Source of the DNA: Acidimicrobiia bacterium
Lineage (GTDB): Bacteria > Actinomycetota > Acidimicrobiia > Spongiisociales > Spongiisociaceae
Assembly (NCBI GenBank): GCA_041576165.1
Contig: JBFGLM010000025.1
Span: forward strand, 1 to 64,000
Length of the DNA stretch: 64,000 bases
Direction: 5' to 3'
A program made the position numbers and the translations under genes. The notes under the pieces were generated by a model. That model ran no database searches, was not told the DNA's origin, and worked only from the letters and a program-made list of their open reading frames with translations. Below are positions 40,315 to 49,031 of the stretch, in pieces (the first letter of the stretch is position 1; every line of letters starts with the position of its first letter).

Positions 40315-41639
40315 CCCGTATTCTGGCGCTCGGGTTGGCGGCATTGCTCCTCGCCGGGGCGTGGGTGCTGGAAGCTCCGGTTGCGCTGGACCCCGACGTT
40401 GCGGTCGTGACCACCATCGAAGAAGAGGACGAGGCCTCGACCTCGCGATTCTCCCACTGTGCCTGGGCCTACGCGGATGGTGACATCGACACCGTAATCG
40501 CCTTGGCATCTGTCGCCGAAGCTGAGTACCGCCTCGCGTTCCCGGCCGCCGGGGAGCTCGAACCACTCGACCCTGAGATCCTGCCGCCCATGGCATCGAT
40601 CGGCATCCCTTTGTCTTCAATGCGGGTGCAGGGAGATGCGCCCACCATCGTCGAGTTCAGTGACGGGCCGGCGGCCGCGGCCGTTGCCGGACGGGGTGAC
40701 ACCGAGCTGTCAGCGTCTGTGTGCCCGGGCTCGCTTCCCAAAGTCTGGTCGGTACCAGGCGCCACCACCGACAACGAAGTCCGATTCGTGCTGCGGCTGT
40801 TGAACCCCTTCGCAGACGATGCCCGGGTCGCCATCAAAGCGACTTCCGAGTTGGGTTCAGAAGCGTTGCCCGATTTCGACAGCGTGTCGATCCCGCCACG
40901 CGCCATGCGGACGATTCTGGTGCACGAAGAGATTCCCGGACGAGCCAGTGTTGCGGTATCCATCGAGCAGGCCGAAGGATCGGTCATCCCGATGGCCGAG
41001 ATCGGTACCGATTCCGATATCGCGGTGTGGCCGGCGGTGAGACAAAGCGAGACCTGGGAACTCCCGGTAACCGCCATCGACGGCGTCGCCGGCGAGCTGA
41101 TGCTCCACAACGACGCCCTGATCGAAATCAACTACTCAATCGACGTGTTCGGGGAGGACGGTTCGGTCGAAACCGGTCCGAGTGGAACGGTGCCCGGGCC
41201 GGGAATCGTGTCCATACCCCTGGCCGACTTGGTAACCGGCGGCCCAACCGGGATTCGAGTTTCGGCGGATGGACCTATCGCAGCTGCTGTGTCCGTCACC
41301 AGTGAGAGCGGACTGGCAGTCGCGACGGGACTACCGACCGCATCGACCCGTTGGTTGGTCCCCGGTCCGAACTCGGAGCCTTCCGCGCAGTACAGCCTGT
41401 GGATCCTCAACTCAGGTGTCGAGGACGTGAACGTCGACGTTCGATTCTTGGACACCGTCGGGGATGCGCAGCCGGCAGAGCCGATAGTGCTCGCAGCCAC
41501 CTCGCTGCTATCGATCGCAGCCAACGAGCTGGGTAGCACCGGGATTCTGATCGAGGCGTCCGGACCGGTCTCGGTTGCCTACACCGCCACTGTGGCCGGC
41601 GCTGTTGCCATCGGCGAGGCGGTGCCAGTGGGTGAGTGA
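40311..41639 (+). CDS. Secreted/anchored DUF5719-like protein
   Basis: ATGA overlap with the GT; N-terminal hydrophobic helix; CP..W.VPG.TT and LLNP motifs; synteny. Confidence 0.75.
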   Translation: MTRILALGLAALLLAGAWVLEAPVALDPDVAVVTTIEEEDEASTSRFSHCAWAYADGDIDTVIALASVAEAEYRLAFPAAGELEPLDPEILPPMASIGIPLSSMRVQGDAPTIVEFSDGPAAAAVAGRGDTELSASVCPGSLPKVWSVPGATTDNEVRFVLRLLNPFADDARVAIKATSELGSEALPDFDSVSIPPRAMRTILVHEEIPGRASVAVSIEQAEGSVIPMAEIGTDSDIAVWPAVRQSETWELPVTAIDGVAGELMLHNDALIEINYSIDVFGEDGSVETGPSGTVPGPGIVSIPLADLVTGGPTGIRVSADGPIAAAVSVTSESGLAVATGLPTASTRWLVPGPNSEPSAQYSLWILNSGVEDVNVDVRFLDTVGDAQPAEPIVLAATSLLSIAANELGSTGILIEASGPVSVAYTATVAGAVAIGEAVPVGE

Positions 41640-42021
41640 GCTGGCGGTCAGGCTCATTGTCGTGGGTGCCGTCGCAGTTGTGCTCGCGTTGCTGATCGTG
41701 ATGGCCTTGCGCGGAGGCAGAAGTCGATCGCCGGCTTCGGTGACCCTGAGTGGCCTTGGTCTCGGGCCGGGATTCGTGCTCTTCACCTCTGCCACCTGCC
41801 CGAGTTGTGCCGACGCTCGCGATGTGGCCGATCGCGTGCTCGGGCCCGGGCGCTACGTGGAGCGGGCCTGGGAGGACGATCCGGACGCACTCACGGCGGC
41901 CGGGATCGATGAGGTCCCACTCGTGGTGGTAATGGGCCGTCGCGGGCGGGTGCGATCGGTCTTGCGCGGGGTGCCGGACCCGTTCCGGCTGCGGGTCGAG
42001 CGCATCCGTTCACGATTCTGA
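41632..42021 (+). CDS. Membrane-anchored thioredoxin-like protein
   Basis: N-terminal TM helix; FTSATCPSC (CxxC); cis-Pro-like EVP. Confidence 0.75.
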   Translation: MSELAVRLIVVGAVAVVLALLIVMALRGGRSRSPASVTLSGLGLGPGFVLFTSATCPSCADARDVADRVLGPGRYVERAWEDDPDALTAAGIDEVPLVVVMGRRGRVRSVLRGVPDPFRLRVERIRSRF

Positions 42022-42094
42022 ATGTCGCCAGGCCGGCAGCCCACTTGGGTCGAAATCCTTGGTGCCGGCTGTTGACCTGAATAGATTCCGGGTC

Positions 42095-42316
42095 ATGATT
42101 GGTTCATGCGTCCGGTGCGGCACTCCCGCAGCAGCTGTCATGGCGTTCGACTACGCCGCCGCCGAGGTGTGGATCGACGACCTCACCGACGTGCGGATGA
42201 AGGGCGGTTATCAGCTCTGCGCCGGTCATGCGGACCGGTTGACTCCTCCGCTCGGGTGGCGGCTCGCCGACCGGCGCACGTCCCCCCGTTTGTTCGTACC
42301 GCTCGAGGTCGCCTGA
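42095..42316 (+). CDS. DUF3499-like small Cys/His protein
   Basis: CVRC..A.A.M.FDY...WIDDL..LCAGHADRLTPPLGW; typical position upstream of manB. Confidence 0.8.
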   Translation: MIGSCVRCGTPAAAVMAFDYAAAEVWIDDLTDVRMKGGYQLCAGHADRLTPPLGWRLADRRTSPRLFVPLEVA

Positions 42317-42343
42317 CCTCGCTCCTTGCGGGGGTTACCCCCC

Positions 42344-42607
42344 ATGCCGCTTGACAGGGACCTGATTGAATCGGTCCGCGAGCTGGACGAGCACGAGTTG
42401 CGGCGGTTACTGATCCTCACCCAGGCCCGCCTCGGTGCCGACGCCCTCCAGAGCAGCCCAACGGTGCGGCTGCGCGAGCAGATGGTCAAGTGCGGCAAGG
42501 CGTCGTGTACGCAGTGTCCACATGGCCCGTATTGGTACGCCTACTGGACAGAAGACGGCAAACGGCGGAGCCGTTATGTGGGCAAGCTGATCGATCAACA
42601 AGATTGA
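42344..42607 (+). CDS. DUF6788-like small protein
   Basis: KCGKASCTQCPHGPYWYAYWTEDGKRRSRYVGK. Confidence 0.75.
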   Translation: MPLDRDLIESVRELDEHELRRLLILTQARLGADALQSSPTVRLREQMVKCGKASCTQCPHGPYWYAYWTEDGKRRSRYVGKLIDQQD

Positions 42608-42639
42608 GTTCCGCTCTAGCCAAATGCGAGTAGGCTCTA

Positions 42640-42742
42640 CGGAGGTGGTGGAAGGACCCTTGCTCAGGGACAAGCGCCCGGAAAGCGCTTCGTTTGCGGC
42701 TTTCGCCGGGCACCGGTACCGGGGGCCAGCTACCGCCCTCCG
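42640..42742 (+). ncRNA. Candidate structured RNA / 5' leader (103-nt rod with bubble)
   Basis: TAGGCT -10 at 42631-42636; CGGAGG/CCTCCG, TGGTGG/CTACCG, CCCT/GGGG, GCCCGG/CCGGGC, AAAGC/GCTTT. Confidence 0.45.
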
Positions 42743-42778
42743 ACGAGAGGCCAGGACCAGGTTGAGAGGCACAACAAC

Positions 42779-42970
42779 ATGAATTGCCCGAACTGCGGCG
42801 TCAATGACGTCATCGAGATCTACCAGAAGTTGCCGGACGGCACCGAGGTGCACTTCTGCGAATGCCACAAATGTGAGAACAAGTGGTGGGATCGAGACGG
42901 GCAATCCATCTCTCTCTCCGAGGTACTGGAGATCGTTCGTCGGAATCGGGCCGGCGCGACCGAGAGTTGA
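42779..42970 (+). CDS. 63-aa zinc-ribbon protein (zf-TFIIB/TFIIS-like)
   Basis: MNCPNCG...FCECHKCENKWWDRDG; GAGAGG RBS; GC3-biased codons. Confidence 0.8.
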   Translation: MNCPNCGVNDVIEIYQKLPDGTEVHFCECHKCENKWWDRDGQSISLSEVLEIVRRNRAGATES

Positions 42971-43098
42971 GCACCGTCCGCCGCCGGGCAGCGTACGCCC
43001 CGGGCGCCCGACATCCACTCCCCTCACCGGCACTCCCCGACGGCAAAGGCGTCGCCGGATTCCTTTAGGCGATCGGCTCGAATAGCCTGGCCGCCGGC

Positions 43099-45492
43099 AT
43101 GAGGAAACCTGAGCAGCTCACCGAGCCCGCGTCGCCGGACGGCGGCGGTGACAACCGGTCCGGGCGCGATCGGACACAGTCGTGGGTGGCGCTGGCCAGC
43201 GTGGCCGCTGTCTCGCTCACGATCCTGGCGGTGATGAACCCGCCGCTACTGCTGTCGGCCAATACTCCCTCCGGCGGGGATATGGGTGCGCACGTCCTGG
43301 GTCCGGCATTCCTGCGCGATCAGCTGCTCCCCAGTCTCAAGCTGCAGGGTTGGAGCAACAGCTGGTTTGCCGGTTTTCCGATCTTCTACTTCTACTTTCC
43401 CCTCCCCTCGCTGACCATCGTGTTCCTCGACCTGTTCCTGCCGTACGGCGTCGCTTTCAAGATCGTGACGGTGGTCGGCCTTCTTGCGTTGCCGCCGGCA
43501 ACGTACTTCTTCGTGCGCGCCATGCGATTCGGCCGGGGTGTCGCCACGGTGGCGGCAGCCGCCGGAGGCGCGTTTGTATTCCTGGAAACGCCCCAACCAC
43601 CCATTTTCGGGGGAACGATTGCTTCAACGTTGGCCGGTGAGTTCTCCTATTCGTGGTCATTCGCGCTGGCGATCACCTACCTCGGCCTCCTGATCCGGGC
43701 CGTGCGCGACGATCGCAGATACCTTCCGTGGGCGGCGCTGGCTCTCGCTCTGACCGCTCTCAGCCATGTCATCACCACGATCACCATCGTGGTGGCGTCG
43801 TTGCCGATCCTGCTGTGGCGTCGCGGTCTGCGGGTGGTCCCGACCACCTGGGTCCTCGGCTTTGCGGTTGCTGCTTTCTGGGCTCTTCCGTTGATGGTTC
43901 GGCTCAACCTGACGACGGACATGAATTGGCAGCCGCTGGCTGGATGGGACGAGCTCACCCCATTCGAGCTTTGGCCGATTGTCGGTGTCGGCCTTCTCGG
44001 CATGATCCTGGCACTGTTCACGACCTCGCGGGCAGTCCCGCTCGCGCTGATCACGGTGCTGCCGCTCCCCGCGTTCTTCTTGCTCGAGCAAGGCAGCAAG
44101 CTGTGGAACGGCCGCGTGCTGCCGCACTGGTATTACGGGATGTTCGTGTTTGCCGGTATCGGCGTCGGCCTGATATTGCAATCGGTCGCGCGCCGCCTGC
44201 CGGCCGCGCTGTCCCCCTGGTTGATACGCGGCGCCGTCCTCGGGGTGGGGGTCTTTTTGGTCGTCGTCCCGGGCGAATCAGACGTGCAGTCCGGCTTCTC
44301 CCAGGTCGTGATCGTTCTCACGGTTTTCGCGTTCCTCTCGGCCTTCATGCTGCGTTCCCCGGTAGCAACCAGGGTGGTGCTCCCGGCTGCCGCGGTGTTC
44401 CTCTTTGTAGGAGCTGCCGCGGTCGGAACGACCACCGACGAGAGCTACGTCGACGGCTGGGCCCGCTGGAATTACTCGGGCTACGAGGGTAAGGACGTGT
44501 TCTCGGAGTATGCCGCTCTGATGGAAACGATTGCGGAACTGCCCCCGGGGAGAGTCCAGTGGGAGGCCAACTCCGAGCTGAACTCATACGGGACGCCGAT
44601 GGCTTTGATGCTGTTCCCGTATTGGTCGGAAGGCAGCCACCCGTCGATGGAGGGCCTGTTCTTCGAGTCGTCCCTGACGACGCCGTTCCACTTCTTGAAC
44701 GCCGCCGAGCTGAGCCATCAGCCGTCAAATCCGATCCCAGGGCTGCAATATCACGTATTCGACTTCGATCGAGGCGTTGAACACATGCGCCTCTTCAACG
44801 TCGACTATTACGTCACGTTCACCGAAGAGGCGACGAACCGGGCCGCATTGGACCCCCAATTTGAGCAGATAGCATCGAGTCCACCCTTCACCATCTTCTC
44901 CCTACCAGAGAGCTCTCTCGTGGACGTTGCCGTGAATCAGCCATGGGTCTACGAAGTCGGAGACCGCGGGCTCCTGGATACCCTGACCGGCGTGGTCTCT
45001 CCCGGAGAGGACGTGGAGTTCGTAGACGTGGCGCTGGCCTGGTACGAGGACATCAGCCTGATCGATCAGTTGGTGGTGGCGGAGGGGCCGGCGGCCTGGG
45101 AGCGGGTCGGCCCCGACCTCGACGGGACGACCGTCCCGATCACGTCGGGCGGCACGGTGACGGACATCGAGTTGACCGATGAGCGGATCTCGTTCCGGAC
45201 TACCGCCGTGGGCATCCCTCACCTGGTGAAGGTGTCCTACTTCCCGAACTGGTCGGCTGCAGGGGCCGACGGGCCATACCGGGCGGCACCCTCCCTGATG
45301 GTGGTCGTCCCGGCCCAGGAGGAGGTGACCCTCGAGTTCCGCCCGACGTGGGCGGAAATCGGCGGGATTGTGCTCACTGTGCTTGGGCTCGTTGCAGTCG
45401 GTGGCTTGGTCGCCATGAGCCGGAACTCGGGCATGGGTTCATCCGGCCGGCATGCGTCGGTCAGGCGCCTTCGCGATCGAGCGAACGCTTGA
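43099..45492 (+). CDS. PTPS-related multi-pass membrane protein (GT-C-fold glycosyltransferase candidate)
   Basis: GGDMGAH, GWSNSWFAGFPIFYFY, about 13 TM segments, extracellular C-terminal domain (SYFPNW) and terminal TM. Confidence 0.8.
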   Translation: MRKPEQLTEPASPDGGGDNRSGRDRTQSWVALASVAAVSLTILAVMNPPLLLSANTPSGGDMGAHVLGPAFLRDQLLPSLKLQGWSNSWFAGFPIFYFYFPLPSLTIVFLDLFLPYGVAFKIVTVVGLLALPPATYFFVRAMRFGRGVATVAAAAGGAFVFLETPQPPIFGGTIASTLAGEFSYSWSFALAITYLGLLIRAVRDDRRYLPWAALALALTALSHVITTITIVVASLPILLWRRGLRVVPTTWVLGFAVAAFWALPLMVRLNLTTDMNWQPLAGWDELTPFELWPIVGVGLLGMILALFTTSRAVPLALITVLPLPAFFLLEQGSKLWNGRVLPHWYYGMFVFAGIGVGLILQSVARRLPAALSPWLIRGAVLGVGVFLVVVPGESDVQSGFSQVVIVLTVFAFLSAFMLRSPVATRVVLPAAAVFLFVGAAAVGTTTDESYVDGWARWNYSGYEGKDVFSEYAALMETIAELPPGRVQWEANSELNSYGTPMALMLFPYWSEGSHPSMEGLFFESSLTTPFHFLNAAELSHQPSNPIPGLQYHVFDFDRGVEHMRLFNVDYYVTFTEEATNRAALDPQFEQIASSPPFTIFSLPESSLVDVAVNQPWVYEVGDRGLLDTLTGVVSPGEDVEFVDVALAWYEDISLIDQLVVAEGPAAWERVGPDLDGTTVPITSGGTVTDIELTDERISFRTTAVGIPHLVKVSYFPNWSAAGADGPYRAAPSLMVVVPAQEEVTLEFRPTWAEIGGIVLTVLGLVAVGGLVAMSRNSGMGSSGRHASVRRLRDRANA

Positions 45493-46195
45493 GTTCCACT
45501 ATCCCGCGCAGCGTCCGCGGGATACGCCGGAAGAGGGACGATCGAGCGGTTCGCAGTTCCCTAACGACGATCGGCACCTCCTTTATCCGGTAGCCGGCCC
45601 GCTCGGCTCGCAGCACAAGCTCCGTGTCGAACAGGTCCTGATTGTGCTCCACCGAGTGGATCAGTTTGTCGATCACCTCGCGCCGAAAAGCCATGATGCC
45701 GTGCGTGTCGGACACCCGGGAGCCGAGCATCGCTCGCAGAATGAGGTTGAAGACGAGGGTCCCCGCCCTTCGCACGATCGAGCGTCGATCATCGGAATTG
45801 GGATCTCGCTTCGAGGCGATCACGACATCGGCTCCTTCGGGCTCTTCCACCAGCCCCTGCACGAAGGGCCCGGAGAAATAATCGATGTCGAATTTGACTA
45901 TCCAGTCGGCTCCGGCGGTGGCGGCAGTCTCGAAACCGGCACGCACCGCGGCGCCGTAGTCGGCGTGGGGGAGCTCGCGCAGTGAAATCGAGTCCCGCTC
46001 ATCGGCGAGGCGGGCAGCGGTGCTCGCGGTGTCGTCGCTGGAGCCATTCTCGACGAGAAAGATCTGAACGTCGGCGGGTACGCTATCAAGTTCGGCGCCG
46101 ATCAGTTCGATGGCACCGGCGAGGAAAGTTCCTTCGTTGTGAATGGGGATGGCAATGCCGATAGACGGCCGGCCGGTGGACGCTGAATCGCTCAT
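45461..46195 (-). CDS. GT2 glycosyltransferase (polyprenol-phosphate type)
   Basis: IAIPIHNE, VENGSSDDT, FDID, VIASKR, FDTELV. Confidence 0.88.
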   Translation of the reverse strand: MSDSASTGRPSIGIAIPIHNEGTFLAGAIELIGAELDSVPADVQIFLVENGSSDDTASTAARLADERDSISLRELPHADYGAAVRAGFETAATAGADWIVKFDIDYFSGPFVQGLVEEPEGADVVIASKRDPNSDDRRSIVRRAGTLVFNLILRAMLGSRVSDTHGIMAFRREVIDKLIHSVEHNQDLFDTELVLRAERAGYRIKEVPIVVRELRTARSSLFRRIPRTLRGIVELKRSLDREGA

Positions 46196-46302
46196 GACTT
46201 CTTCATCCGTTTGCTCGGGGAGTGTAGGACGGGACGCCGAATATGAGCGGCCGGCAGCAACTGGACTCTGCACCACAGTGGCACAGCGATGGGAGCCCGC
46301 GC

Positions 46303-47634
46303 GTGGGTGACCTGGAAAAGATCATCAAGGCATACGACGTCCGCGGGCGAACCGACACCGGCGAACTCGACCCGGACGCGGCTCTCCGCTTGGGTGCCGG
46401 CTTCGCCCGGTTCGTGCAGGCTGATCGGGTGGCAGTGGGGCGAGATTGCCGCGCATCGTCACCGGCGATTGCGGGGGCATTCATGGACGGGGCTAGATCC
46501 GAGGGCGCCGATGTAGTCAACCTCGGTGAGGTCGCGACCGACATCGTGTACTACTACTCGGGGGTAGCGAACGTACCTGCGGCGATGGTCACCGCTTCGC
46601 ACAACCCGCCCGAGTACAACGGTGTCAAGATGTGTCACCGCGGGGCCGGACCCATCGGTGCGGACAGCGGCCTCGAAGAGATCAAAGCACACGCCGAAGC
46701 GATCGAGCCGGGCCCCCCGACCGGAGCCGTCGAGTACGTCGACCCCAAACGTGGTTATGTCGAACACCTCCTGACGATCGTCAATCGCGACGCCATCGGA
46801 TCGCTCTCCGTGGCCTGCGACGCGGGGAACGGCATGGCCGGCGTCGTGCTCGAGGACGTCTTCGATGCAATCGATGCCCGGCTGCTGGGCCTGTACCTCG
46901 AGCCGGATGGGAGTTTTCCCAATCATCCTGCCGACCCACTTGATCCGCAGAATCTCGTTGATTTGCTCGAGTTCATGGAACGGGAACAGCCCGACGTAGG
47001 CGTGGCTTTCGACGGGGACGCAGATCGGGCGTTCTTCATCGACGATCAGCTGGTACCGCTCTCCGGGAGCACCACTACCGCGATCATCGCCGACTGGTAC
47101 CTCCAGCGGGAGCCCGGCGCGACCGTCGTGCACAATCTGATCACGTCGCGGGCAGTTCCCGAAACCATCCGGCAGGCTGGCGGCACGCCGGTGCGGACCC
47201 GGGTCGGACACTCCTTCGTGAAGCAGGTAATGGCCGAGACCGGCGCTGTGTTCGGGGGCGAGCATTCGGGCCACTATTACTTCCGGGACAACTTCCGGGC
47301 CGACTCCGGGATGCTGGCGATGCTGGTCTTGCTCCAGGTGCTGTCGGAGGCGGATGTGCCGCTGTCGCAGCTGCGCACCCGCTACGAGCCGTACGCAGCC
47401 TCGGGTGAGATCAACCTACGGGTGTCCGACCAGCCGGCGGCTGTCGCTCGGGTGGCGGACGCGTTCTCGGGTGCGGAGCAGGACCGGCTCGATGGGCTGA
47501 CGGTCAGCCTCGGTGATCGCTGGTTCAACGTGCGGCCCTCGAACACGGAGCCGCTGTTACGTCTGAACGCCGAGGCGGCGGATCGAGGCGCCGTGGAGGA
47601 GCTGGTGCAACGCGTGAAAGCGGCCATCGGCTGA
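46303..47634 (+). CDS. manB: Phosphomannomutase/phosphoglucomutase
   Basis: [36 protein letters not shown]. Confidence 0.95.
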   Translation: MGDLEKIIKAYDVRGRTDTGELDPDAALRLGAGFARFVQADRVAVGRDCRASSPAIAGAFMDGARSEGADVVNLGEVATDIVYYYSGVANVPAAMVTASHNPPEYNGVKMCHRGAGPIGADSGLEEIKAHAEAIEPGPPTGAVEYVDPKRGYVEHLLTIVNRDAIGSLSVACDAGNGMAGVVLEDVFDAIDARLLGLYLEPDGSFPNHPADPLDPQNLVDLLEFMEREQPDVGVAFDGDADRAFFIDDQLVPLSGSTTTAIIADWYLQREPGATVVHNLITSRAVPETIRQAGGTPVRTRVGHSFVKQVMAETGAVFGGEHSGHYYFRDNFRADSGMLAMLVLLQVLSEADVPLSQLRTRYEPYAASGEINLRVSDQPAAVARVADAFSGAEQDRLDGLTVSLGDRWFNVRPSNTEPLLRLNAEAADRGAVEELVQRVKAAIG

Positions 47635-47749
47635 TTCGCGCCCAGCGGCCCCGGGCATCCGCGACTGCGTTGGTCCAATTCGGGGCGGGCGTCTAGCGTT
47701 CCCTCGGCGCGCCGGACGGTGCTGCATCGACATCTCGAGGAGTATCGAA

Positions 47750-49000
47750 ATGGACTACGACATCGCCGATCCGGCATTGGCCGATGAAGGGGTGAAGCGC
47801 ATTGAATGGGCCGAGCGACGCATGCCGGTCCTCGCCTCGATCCGCGAACGCTACCGCTCGGAACAGCCGCTGCAGGGTCGCACAATCGCCGCGTGTCTGC
47901 ATGTGACCACTGAGACGGCCAACCTCATGATGGCGCTGCGCGACGGCGGAGCCGACGTGGCGTTGTGCGCGTCTAACCCTCTGTCGACCCAAGACGACGT
48001 TGCGGCCGGACTCGTGGAAGCCGGTATCCCCGTCTTCGCGGTCCGGGGAGAGGATTCGGAGCGTTACTACTCCCACATCCACGCGGTGCTCGACATGAAC
48101 CCAGACGTGACGATGGACGATGGGGCCGACCTGGTCTCGGTCTTGCACACGGATCGAACAGAGGTAACGCCTTCCGGCTCGACTGAAGAGACCACTACCG
48201 GGGTCATCCGCCTCAGGGCCATGGCTCAGGAAGGGGCATTGCGGCTCCCGGTTGTGGCGGTCAACGACTCGGCCACCAAGCATCTCTTTGACAACCGTTA
48301 CGGGACTGGTCAGTCGGCGATGGATGGCATCATACGGGCAACCAACCTGTTGATCGCTGGGTCCACAGTCGTTGTCATCGGATACGGCGACTGCGGACAG
48401 GGTGTGGCAACTCGGGCCGATGGCCTGGGAGCCAAGGTGGTCGTGGTTGAGGTCGACCCGGTACGCGCACTCGCGGCCGCCATGGACGGACACCAGGTCA
48501 TGACCGCGGATGCGGCAGCCGAGATCGGCGATGTGTTCATCACCGTGACCGGCAACAAACACGTCGTGCGGGGCCGCCATTTCGAGCGGATGAAGGACGG
48601 GGCCGTTCTGGCCAATGCCGGCCATTTTGACATCGAGATCGATCTCGCCCAGCTCTCGGCCGACGCCGTCGGTGTGCGCCGGGTGCGTCCGCATCTCGAT
48701 GAGTATGAGATGAGCGACGGCCGCCGCGTGATCGTGGCCGGTGAGGGACGGCTCGTGAACCTGGCCGCGGCGGAGGGACATCCTGCCGATGTGATGGACA
48801 TGTCGTTTGCGAACCAGGCGATGGCCGCGGAGTTCATCATCGAGCACGAAGGTGAACTAGAGCCACGCATCTACACGTTGCCGCCCAGCCTCGACGCCGA
48901 GGTGGCGCGCATCAAGCTCCGGAGCCTGGGGGCCGGGTTGGAGGAGTTGACAGCCGAGCAGCAGGCTTACCTGGCCAGCTGGACTGAAGGGACGTCGTAA
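47750..49000 (+). CDS. ahcY: Adenosylhomocysteinase
   Basis: [42 protein letters not shown]; RBS GAGGAG. Confidence 0.97.
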   Translation: MDYDIADPALADEGVKRIEWAERRMPVLASIRERYRSEQPLQGRTIAACLHVTTETANLMMALRDGGADVALCASNPLSTQDDVAAGLVEAGIPVFAVRGEDSERYYSHIHAVLDMNPDVTMDDGADLVSVLHTDRTEVTPSGSTEETTTGVIRLRAMAQEGALRLPVVAVNDSATKHLFDNRYGTGQSAMDGIIRATNLLIAGSTVVVIGYGDCGQGVATRADGLGAKVVVVEVDPVRALAAAMDGHQVMTADAAAEIGDVFITVTGNKHVVRGRHFERMKDGAVLANAGHFDIEIDLAQLSADAVGVRRVRPHLDEYEMSDGRRVIVAGEGRLVNLAAAEGHPADVMDMSFANQAMAAEFIIEHEGELEPRIYTLPPSLDAEVARIKLRSLGAGLEELTAEQQAYLASWTEGTS

Positions 49001-49031
49001 CCATGGGCGGGCCGGCCCAGGGCGCAACCTG

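Noticed and set aside
42660-42700. TCAGG...CCGGAAAG as SRP (4.5S) RNA
   Set aside because: Spacing is wrong and the conserved AGCAG following the GGAA tetraloop is absent
47594-47640. GAGGAGCTGGTGCAACG...GCCATCGGCT resembling an SAH riboswitch upstream of ahcY
   Set aside because: Lies within manB coding sequence ([12 protein letters not shown]), and no 3' pseudoknot partner could be found
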